Source of the DNA: Pelagomonas calceolata | Lineage: Eukaryota | Direction of reading: 5' to 3' | Length of the DNA: 64,000 nt | Assembly: GCA_918797485.1 (NCBI GenBank) | Contig: CAKKNE010000003.1 | Location: 2,356,001-2,420,000 of the forward strand | In this document: in pieces, positions 53,481-63,237 of the stretch | Position numbering within the stretch: the stretch's first letter is position 1 | Layout: every line of letters begins with the position of its first letter | Made by a program: the position numbers and the translations under genes | Notes under the pieces: model-generated | Told to the model about the DNA's origin: nothing | Databases searched by the model: none | What the model saw: the letters and a program-made list of their open reading frames with translations, nothing else

Positions 53481-56400
53481 TCACTTCGCCGGGGTCTCGG
53501 GGCCGCCACCGAGCAGCTCCGCCTTGATCGCGGCGAAGCAGGGTCGAGCGTCGGGCTCGTGGGCCCAGCACCGCTGCATGAGGCCGACGAGGTCCGCCGG
53601 CGCTCCCTCGGGGACGGCCGGCCGCGCCTGCTTGGTCAGGATTTGCATGGCGACCTGCACCGGGTTGAGGCCGCGCCAGGGGATGTCTCCGGTCAGCACC
53701 TCCCAGATGACGAGCGCGTAGGCGTACACGTCCGTCTCCTCGGTGAAGGTATTCGAATCCAGTAATTCGGGCGCCATGTACGCTGGCGTCCCCTTCGCGC
53801 CGCCGCCGCGGCCCATCGTCGACTGCGTCGCCGCCGTATTCAGCGACTCGCTCTGCGAGAGCCCGAAGTCCGACACCTTGCACCGCCGCCGCGAGGCGTC
53901 GAGGAGGACGTTCAACGTCTTGAGGTCGCGGTGCTCCACGCCCTTTGAGTACAAGTAGCTCATGCCGAGCGTCACGTCCAGGAGCCAGCGCCGCCGCTGC
54001 GCTTCGTCGACGGCCGTCGCGTAGTCGTCGGCTTCGAGCGCCTCCCGCAGCGTTCCGCCGGCGCACATCTCGACGACGAGGCCCAGGTACGACGCGTCCG
54101 TCGTCACCACCCCAAACACGGCGACGATGCGCGGGCTCCGAAGCTTGACCATGATCGCGAGCTCGGTGGAGAACGCTTTCAGGACCTTGGCCCGCCCGGA
54201 TGCGGTCATGCCAATAAGGCTTATCCTCTTCACCGCCACTTCATCGCCCTGGTATTGGCCGGAGAACACTTCACCACTCGCGCCCGCCGCGAAGGGAACC
54301 TCCTCGACGCTCTCGAGCTCGAGCTCGAAATCATTCAGCGCCCGCTCCTTGTCCTGGCGCGCCAGCGCGCGGCCCCGCAGCTTCGAGTCCTTCGCCGCCA
54401 CCATCTCTTTCACTTCGTCGAGCGACTCCTGCTGATGCGCGTTCTGGTCGATGACGGTGCTCACGTCCGCGGCGATCCGGTCCAATTTCAGCCCGAGCGC
54501 CGAGAGCTCCTCGTGCTCGACGGCGCTGCCCTTTGCCATGCCGCACAGCTCCGCCGCCCGCTGGGCCGCGGCCTGGTTGTTCGCGTCGACGGTCTGCTGG
54601 CTCAGAAGTTGGATCAGGCCCTCGATCTTTTCGAATCGCTGCGCCTGCAGCGCGAGCTGCTGGAGGTCCAACGCCGAGCCGAGCTCCGTGCTGAGCTCGC
54701 AAAGCCGCTTGTCGAGGAGGCCGAAGCGCCGCGCGTCGAGCGAGCCGGAGCAGAGCTTCGAGAACGCGCCCTTCTGCGAGAACTGCTGGAGAAACTTGGC
54801 CGCCTCGTCGAGCGCCTGGCCGATGGCCGTGACCGTCCGAGCGACGGCCTCGACCTGTCCCGTCGGCAGGCCCTGCGTCGCTTGGACGACGTCCTGGAGC
54901 TTCTGGGCGATTTCAACTCCGCGCCGCTGCAGCAGCGCCGCGGCCTCCTTGTTGAAGCGCACCCGGCGCACCGCGTGGCCCAGCTCGGCTAAGGCGTGCG
55001 CAAACGGCATCAGACACATGTTGAGCGGCGGCGGCGCGACCGCGGGGAGCGCCACCAGCATCCCGGAGAGCGGCCCGAGGATGTCAATTTCCATCGACGA
55101 GAGCGTGGGCCCAGCTATTTTCATCGACGAGAGCGTGGGCCCGCCGACTTCCATCGTAGGCCCGCCAGCGTCGGCGCCGGTGGCCGCACCGGCAGCGGCG
55201 CCGGCGGCAAAGGCAGAGCTTCTGGACCGGGCGGGTGCGACCTTCGTTCCCTTGTCCTTCTTCTTGGTCTTGTAGTAATATGCCGCGCCGACGGCCACCA
55301 TGATTAATACCGCGACGACGACCGCGATCGCGATGACCACGAGGTCGCCGCCCCCGCCGCCCCCGCCGCCGCCGCCCGACGAAGACGGCGGAAGCGGCGA
55401 TGGCGGCGGCGTTGTCGTTGTCGTGGCCGGCGTCGCTACGGTTTGGACGGTCGTCGCGGCGAAAACAGAGGAGACTCCTTTGTTCGAAGCGGCGCTCTGC
55501 ACGGACGATTGAAAGGTGGAGGCGGTGTGGCTCGAGGCCGCGTTGGCGGCCGCCATCGCGGCGGCGGCAGACGCGTATAGCACTACATAGCTCACGACGA
55601 CGTCCCCGGAGGACTGCAGGCGTCGTCGGAACGCGGCGAACGTCACGATCACCTTGGACTCGTCGACGTTGTAAATATCGGCGACCGCCGCCGCGTACAC
55701 GGGCGCGTGCGCTTCGGCGTCCGCCAACGTGATGCCGGCGCACGTAAAAGATCCTTCGACGGCGTCGGAAGTGGCAGGCGTCGGCGCGGGCGTCGGCCGT
55801 GGCGTCGGGCTGAACACGGGGCGCGGCGTCGGGCTGCCCGCGGCTATCGGGCGCGGCGTCGGTGCGGGCGTCGGCCGTGGCGTCGGGCTGAACACGGGGC
55901 GCGGCGTCGGGCTGCCCGCTGCTATCGGGCGCGGCGTCGGTCGATGCGTCGTCGGGCGCGGCGTCAGCGTGGGTACTGGCGTCGGCATTGGTGTCGGGCG
56001 CAGCGTCGGATTTGGTGTCGAGCAGTCAGCGACGTCTGCAACTTGTACGACGCCGCACGACGTCGACGCGCAAGGGGTGCCGGAGAACGCGTTTCCCAGT
56101 TCCACGTCGTCGTCCACGCACCAGCCGAGGTCCTGGTCGAAGGCCGAGGCGTAGTGGAACATGTAGTACATATCCGTGACCTGCTCGACGCGCCAGCCGC
56201 TGATGTCCTGGTTGAACGACGAGGCCCAGTGGAACATGTAGTGCATATCCGTGACCTGCTCGACGCGCCAGCCGCCGATGTCCTGGTCGAACGACGACGC
56301 GAAGTTGAACATCTGGCCCATCTCATGGACGTTTCCTACGCTCCAGCCGCCAATGTCCTGGTTGAAGGCCGAGGCGCCGCAGAACATGCAGTGCATCGTA

Positions 56401-58537
56401 GTCACGCCAGAGGTGTCCCACGCGCCGATGTCCTCGTTGAAGGACGTCTGGGAATCAAACAAAAACGACATGTCCGTCACCCCCGATGTGTCCCACGTCG
56501 AAATGTGGCCGTACGTCGCCTCGGCGGCGGACTGGTCGGCAAACCAAGCAGCGACGGCCGTTCTGATATTGCTGTCGGTCATCGGATAGTCACAGATGCC
56601 TTGCATGACGCCGCACGACGTCGACGCGCAAGGGGTGCCGGAGAACGCGTCTTGGATGGTAGTGCCGTACCACCCGTAGGGGTCAAAGACATCGTCGTCC
56701 ACGCACCAGCCGAGGTCCTGGTCGAAGGCCGAGGCGTCTTCAAACATCTCGGTCATGTCCGTGACGCTGTCGACCGCCCAACCACTTATGTCCTGGTTGA
56801 AGGACGAGGCACCTTCGAACATGTAGGCCATTGCTGTGACGCCCGAGGTGTCCCACGCGCCGATGTCCTCGTTGAAGGACGCCGCGGCTGTGTTACAACC
56901 ATCATCTTGATTTCCACAAAACAACCACATCATGTTCGTCACCTCTGATGTCTCCCACGTCGAGATGTGGCCGAACGCTGCCTCGGCGGCGGCGCTGTCC
57001 TCTATCCAGGCTCGGACTGCCGTGCGGATGCTTTCGTCGCCAAATGCGCCACCGAAGAATGTCGGCGCAAGCGTCACACATATGCCCCCCTCAGAACGGC
57101 CCCGCACGACGCCGCACAACGTCGACTCGCACTGGGTGCCAGAGAACGCATCGTGGATGGTGTGTCCCCCCCCCCAGGCGTCGAACTTAACGCCCTCGTC
57201 CAAGCACCAGCCGAGGTCCTGGTCGAAGTTCGAGGCGCCAATGAACATCCAGTCAATAGCCGTGACGCTGTCGACCGCCCAACCACTGATGTCTTGGTTG
57301 AAAGCAGCGCCGCGGACATTGCGTTCATATCCGTGACTTTGTGGACCGCCCAACCACCGATGTCCTGGTTAAATGAGGCGAAGGCGAACATGTACTCCAT
57401 CGACGTGACGCCGGAGGTGTCCCACGCGCCGATGTCCTGGTCGAAGGCCGAGGTGGCGAACATCCCGTACATCGATGTGACGCCCGAGGTGTCCCACGCG
57501 CCGATGTCCTCGTTGAAGGACGACTCCCTGAACAAATGCGACATGTCCGTCACCCCCCCAGTCTCCCACGTCGAGATGTGGCCGTACGTCGCCTCGGCGG
57601 CTGACTGGTCGGCAAACCAAGCCGCCACCGCCGTTCTAATGCTATCGTCGTCCATGACGTAGCCCGTGAGCGCACGCCGCTGCGCGAGGCCTCCCGCCGG
57701 CGCGCGCGGAGGGGTATTGGTCTTCGTCATGGTTTTGAACTTGGTGTTGTCGTCGCTGCGGCCGCTGCGGCCGCGGACCGAAGTCTCCGCCGCCACGCGG
57801 GTGACGTCCCCCCAAATAACCAGGTAGCCGACGACGGACGAGCGCCAGGCCGCTCCCATCGCCGAGCTACTGCGCCGCGGAACCACCGAAGCGAGTACCT
57901 GGAAGAGGCACCAGGAAGTCCGCCCAAGGTAGCTCTGGGCCGCTTCTTCTTCGTCGACGCCGCCCTTGAACTGCATCGTGGTGCCGGGCGTAGGCGCCAG
58001 CTCGGCGGACGCGACGTCCAAGACGTCGACGCCGCCCTTGGTCGGGGCCAACATCAATATGGTGCCGTCCGACCGGTAGTTTTTGTATTGCACGTCGCTG
58101 CCGACGGTCTTCTCGATGGCGTGGAGCGCGTGCACTCCGCCCGCCTCGTACTTGTTCGCTACGAGCTTGGCCGTCGCCGCGCCTTTGATAGGCTCGGAGT
58201 CGACCGCGTCGGCGTAGAGGCCGTCCGCGCCGTAGTTCTTGTAGAGCTGGAGCCACGTGTTCCTCGCTGCTGCGCTCGTCGCCAGGGCCTTGGGGGCAGC
58301 GCCGTCGAGGCCGTTCTCGCCGGCTTGCGCGGCGCACGTGCTGCCGTTTTCGTAGGTGCTGATTTCGTAGTCTCGAGCAAATGTCTCGATCCCCGCCGCC
58401 TCGCTGTCGTCGTGCGCCGCGGCGAGGCTCGAGCCGCCCTTGGGGCAGCTGCTCAGTTTGATACCGCCCCGCGCGGGCGCCCGCGGCGGCGCGGCGCTGC
58501 CCAAGCTCAGCAGCAGGGCGCCGGCGAGGCTCGGCAT
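53481..58537 (-). CDS. Receptor-like kinase: signal peptide, DUF285/BspA-type repeats, Pro/Thr stalk, TM, MLKL-like helical bundle, TKL kinase; 1-nt frameshift near 57316
   Basis: FN(E/Q)[17 protein letters not shown] repeats; [50 protein letters not shown]. Confidence 0.85.
55780..55960. repeat. Near-exact tandem repeats encoding the PTPRP-rich stalk
   Basis: GCGGGCGTCGGCCGTGGCGTCGGGCTGAACACGGGGCGCGGCGTCGGGCTGCCCGC twice. Confidence 0.85.
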
Positions 58538-58836
58538 CTCTCTAGTCCTTCTGTCCCGGCGGTCCCGGGCGGCAATGTTGCAAAAGCTGCCGGGGCTCGA
58601 ACCGAGCTTTGTTAGCTGCCGGACGATGATGGGCGCGCGACAAGGAGGCCTCACGAGTTTGCCGCGCTGCCCGGGCGCGCGGAGACACGGGGGCAGGACT
58701 AAGAGTCTTAATGCGCACAGGCAGGCAGCGCGCGCGCCCGCCGCCTCAACCCGCACGCACGCTCGCGAAAGCCTCAAAATCCTCAACGACGGGCACGGCA
58801 TGCCTATCGCGCCCCAGGAAATAGATCCAACAATAA

Positions 58837-60228
58837 CTAGTACAGGCTCCGCTTCGTGTCGACCCAGCTCGGCGCCGCGCCGGCGAGCAGCCCCTTCGAG
58901 GGCCGCGACGCCTCGAGCCGCTCGGCCTCGTCGCGGAGCCGCGCGTGGCAGGCCTTCAGGTTGTCGAACCAGGCCGTCCAGGCGTCGAAGCCGTCGCTCA
59001 GCGGGTTCGGCTCGCGCAGCACGAGCAGCGACTCCCAGACCTGCCAGTCGTCCTCCTCGTCGTCCTGCGCGGGCTCGACGCCCGACGAGCGGTGCGTCAG
59101 CTGGAAGCCCGCGCTGAAGAGGACCTGGCGCCCGCCGTCAAAATTGTCGACGTCGCGCGCGAAGGCCGCGTTCGCGCAGCGGAGGCGCCGCCGCGCGTCG
59201 TCGTCCGGCTTCTCGACGATCGCCTCCAGGATGTCGCGCAGCGCCGCGACGGCGTCGCCGTAGGCCTCGCCCGCGCTCGCCGCCAGCGTCCGCAGCGCGG
59301 CGTCGACGCTCGCGACGCCGCGGCGCCAGGCCCGCGACGCCTGCTCCTTCTGCGAGCGGTCGTCGGCCTCCGCCGCGCGGCGCGCGTCCCGGCGCGCGCG
59401 CCGCGCCGCGCGCGCCTCGTCGGCCTGCTGCGCCCGCGCCGCGTCGAGGCGCCGCGCCGCCGCCGCGCGCTCCGCCGCCTCCCGCTCCGACCGCTCCTCC
59501 TCGATGCGCGCGTCGGCCGCGGCCCGCTCGCTCGCCTCCTCGGCGCGCTCGCGCCGCGCAGCCTCGTCGGCCGCGGCCCGCTCGCGCGCCTCCTCCTCGG
59601 CGGCGACGTCGACGTCCAGCGCGTCCACGACCTCCGCGGCCGTGCGGAGCGTCGCCTCGAGCCGGTCGCGCGCGGCGGCGACCTGTGTGTAAATCAAAGT
59701 TTACGACGCGTTCGCTCGATGGCGTAGCGATGCAAGTTCCTCACCGCTCGACCGAGCCAGCACGGCCGCGTCGTCGCCGAGAAATGACTTGGTGATGCAC
59801 CCGACGCACTGGTTGATTTCCACACAGGCCGCGACCTTGGCGCGCATCGTCGCGCCGTAGCGCGGCTTCTGGACCGTGCGGGAGGGTGCTTCAGCTTCAA
59901 GCGCCGCCACGACCTCCTCGGCGGCCGCGAGGTCCGCGGCGGCGCCCTCTTCCTCCGCGTGGACGCGCGCCGCCGCCGCGTCCCGGACCCGGCGCGCCGT
60001 CTGGAGTGTCGCGAGGAAGGTCGGCTCGGTTACGTCGTCCGTCGCCTCGAGCTTCGCCGCGAACTTGTCCGCCGTCCGCCGCAGGTCGCCCTCGGCGCAG
60101 CGCCGCCGGATCGCTTCGGCCGCGTCGCGGCGCGCCGTCGCGGAGTCGCTATTGTCCGTCGCGGCGGCGGTCTGCAGCGTGAGCTTGGCATCGTCCAAAG
60201 CGGCGCTGAATTTGCGGAACTCGGTCAT
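58837..60228 (-). CDS. Coiled-coil protein with PUB domain; intron 59683-59835
   Basis: [20 protein letters not shown]...V....GG..VL..AGF. Confidence 0.78.
59683..59835 (-). mobile_element. Introner element, GT-AG intron, 153 nt
   Basis: TIR CTGTGTGTAAATCAA / TTGATTTCCACACAG; TSD GCGGCGAC / GCCGCGAC; interior homologous to 48037-48237. Confidence 0.93.
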
Positions 60229-60398
60229 TTTTTGTGCTCCTTGCGCTGCAGCGGTTTCGTCTTGTGCGGCTCTATGCGGCTCTATGCGGCTCTCTGAGTT
60301 CCGCTTTCTTAAGCGCTGCAAACCAGTGGACGGTACCGACGCTTTACGCTCGTCGGTGTTGGCCGCGGATGATATATGCGGCTATACCACAGCTTGTA

Positions 60399-61160
60399 TT
60401 CTATTAGTTTGTATTAATAGCCCGGCCCCCGGTCTCCTGTCCGTGAAGTTAGTGTAACTAGGGTATTTCACCGATCTCTCTGCCAACGAACGGCGACAGC
60501 CACGGCCCCCCCCTCGCGGAGCTCTACAAAAAAATGCCAAAAAGGCCGAGTAGGGGGGTAAATTGCTTAGTTGGCTCAAGTGGTGTTTTTAGCGACGCCG
60601 GCCTGGCCAAAAACGACGGCGGAAACGGCCCCAGCGGCCCCGACCAGCCTGTGCGCTGGCACGATGCACCCTCCGCATGCTCTTTCTGGTCGGGCGGCGT
60701 TTTTATGCTCGGCGGCGTCGCACATGGCATGCTACCGAAATCCGGTCTTTTTGCGGTCGTCGCGGCCGACGTAAAGCGCCCTCACGGACGGAAGTGACCC
60801 TCGGAGGGGCCTTGCCCCCTGCCCGCGGTGACCTCGACGACTTCGTTACGTCGCCGATGCATGACGGCACGCGGTGGGCGGTTCCACGCACGGCTTGGCG
60901 CGCGGTTGTCGGACTTGGAGTAGCTAGACGCCCTGCTTGGGTTGGTCACGCTGCTCCTATCGTGACGCGGGGACGCCATGTGTTTACGGAAGCCGGAAGA
61001 GTACACGGATCGTGGCGGGCGCCGCGCGGCGACGATTCGCGGCCGCGATCACCCCCCTCGCTCGTGAGTGGGACGCCACCCCCGTCGATTCCGTGCGGCG
61101 TCTCGTCCGGCCTCACGCGCCCATCGTTATCCCGGCGCTGGGCCTCGATCGCGTCCCGGC
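60399..61160 (+). repeat. Long direct repeat, copy 1 (~760 bp)
   Basis: Colinear with 63238-64000 from TTCTATTAGTTTGTATTAATAGCCC onward, with scattered substitutions. Confidence 0.92.
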
Positions 61161-62132
61161 GCGTCCACGTCGGGCCCCTTGCAACTCTCTGCCAGTGTGT
61201 GTGTGTTAATATGCCTAATTTATTTAGTTACATTCTACCATTAAACCTTTAGAAGCACGCAGCTAAGGGCCGTCGGCGCTTCGCCTCGCTGGCGCCGGCT
61301 CGGGCCGGGGGTCGTTTGCGGCGCGTGCGGGTGTGCTCTTTGTATTTAACGTACTTGCATCGGGTCGTCAATTGTTTCCACACCATGACTGATACGCCGC
61401 CAACGGAGGTCTGTCGCGAGAGCATGGTGCACGCGGCGTGCGTAGTGGCCGCCAGCTCGGAGAAGCCCTTCGCTGCGGAAGCTGGGGCCCAGGAGCGTGT
61501 CGATATGTCATGTATAATAAGCGCTGTGTCTCAGTATCAGGCTTCGTGATTGCCTGAAATCGCGGTGTAGTTCACGCGATTGCCGCCGAACCACAGCGTC
61601 GGCGGAAGGAGCCCGCCCCCCCCCCGCCCTCCCCCCTCCTGCCCGCCCCCCTCTCCGCGTCAGGACAGCAGCATGTCGCGCAGAAACGGCAGAAATTCAC
61701 CGACGGCCACGGGAGTTGGAAGCCCGAGCCCGGATGACCCTTGGGGGTTTTTACGTGCCGTCCGTCTTAGCAGCATAAGTGCTCAAGAGATGTACAAAAA
61801 GGCCGTCGCCGACGAGAGCTCGGCGTGCGCCGCCGTTGCTCAGAAGAATGACGCTCTCGCGGCTCAGCGGGCCGCTTCCGAAGCTCAGAAAGCGCTTATC
61901 GAGAAGAAAAAACAAGAAATCGCCGCAAAGCGCAAGGCTTTGAGCGACGCGCGCGCTCGACACGAACGCCCCCCCCCACGCGACGTAAGAAGGTTAAATC
62001 CCAAGTAGCTTCTACAGAGCCGCACAGCCGCCAAGCTCAGTTCCGAACACCCCACACAAAAACACGAGGAATTCCATCACAGCCAGGTGGACGACGGCAG
62101 GTCGAGACGGTCGACGGGCGCTACAGGTGCTT

Positions 62133-62215
62133 GCTAGCGTCCTGTCAGACACTAGCAATCACGCGGGAGCGGGAGGGGTACGGGGAACCCTGCGACGTAA
62201 CTAGCCTCAGCCTCA
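62133..62215 (+). repeat. Dispersed G-rich repeat, diverged copy
   Basis: GCTAGCGTCCTGTCAGACACTAGCAA..GGGAGCGGGAGGGGTACGGGGAACCCTGCGACGTAACTAGCCTCAGCCTCA. Confidence 0.85.
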
Positions 62216-62328
62216 CGCGTCTCTTCAGTTGCTTTGCTTAGAGCTAGGCCGCCTAGCTACCCGGCCGCCGCGGGGCTGCTTCCGTCGAGAGCTCTTCACA
62301 ATCATCAAACAACATAGCTTTACACTAC

Positions 62329-63009
62329 TCAGTAGTAGGCCGCGTGGAGCCAGAACTCAAGGACTTTCCGGACGAGTTCCGGCGGGAGAAGAGGCGTTTC
62401 GAGGATCGACGCGATCCGCACGACGTGGGCTTGAGCGTATCTCTGGAATCCGCCGGCGTTTCTGACTCGTACGATGTACGGGTCCGTGTTATCTGTGGGT
62501 ATCTCAGCGCCCGCGCGGAGAAATAAAGGCCACGTACGGCGAGGCCCTTCTTTGAGTGCAACGCGGAAAGGCGTATACCCGCTCCAGTCTCTTACATGAG
62601 GAGAAGCGCCTGCGGCCAGGAGCACTTCGACGCAATTTGCACGGCTGTCCCTGCCAGCCGCAACGTGCAGTGCTGTGGTATAACCGTTTTTTGACGCAGC
62701 ATCGAGATTAACGCCGCTTTGAACTAGCCACGACACCAATTCGACACTTCCACTTATAGCCGCATAGTGAAGTGGCGTGAGCCCAACAATATCGGTCGCT
62801 TCCAAATTTGCCCCGGCGTCGCGAAGCAGCATGATGCAGGCCTCATGGTCGCGCGTAGCGCATTCAACATTTCGGCACAAGACATGCAGAGGTGTTCTTT
62901 CCCAATCCTCATCGATATTATCGACTGTATCTGGCGGCACATCTTCCGCAAGCAACCGCCGGAGCGTCTCGACGTCAGCGTCGCGTGCGGCATCGTGTAT
63001 GGGTGCCAT
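62329..63009 (-). CDS. Ankyrin-repeat protein with C-terminal F-box-like motif
   Basis: RTPLH, GLTPLHYAA, TALHVAA, GYTPF; LPPELVRKVLEFW near the C-terminus. Confidence 0.85.
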   Translation of the reverse strand: MAPIHDAARDADVETLRRLLAEDVPPDTVDNIDEDWERTPLHVLCRNVECATRDHEACIMLLRDAGANLEATDIVGLTPLHYAAISGSVELVSWLVQSGVNLDAASKNGYTTALHVAAGRDSRANCVEVLLAAGASPHVRDWSGYTPFRVALKEGPRRTWPLFLRAGAEIPTDNTDPYIVRVRNAGGFQRYAQAHVVRIASILETPLLPPELVRKVLEFWLHAAYY

Positions 63010-63237
63010 AGGGTCAGACCAAGAGAGCAGCTCCCGGAGGAGGGCAGAATCGGCTCGCCCGGGGGGCTGAGGGTACCCTCGGCTGCGAGGCGCGAGCGGG
63101 TCAGACCACAGAGAGCAGCTCTTGAGGGTCAGCCAAGAGAGCGGCCGTTGAGAGGCGCTATTTATGGACAGCGCAGCGAAGACGAGCAGCCAGAGACCAT
63201 GCAATTGCGGTGCGCCGCCGTAGCTGCCTATGCGGCG

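Noticed and set aside
183..59835. Repeated TIR motif as a CRISPR array or bacterial REP elements
   Set aside because: Copies are dispersed inside eukaryotic genes as inverted pairs with TSDs; there is no regular repeat-spacer array and no cas genes
61580..62008. Coiled-coil CDS
   Set aside because: Short, start uncertain, no motif, lies in a repeat-rich region; not supported enough to list as a feature
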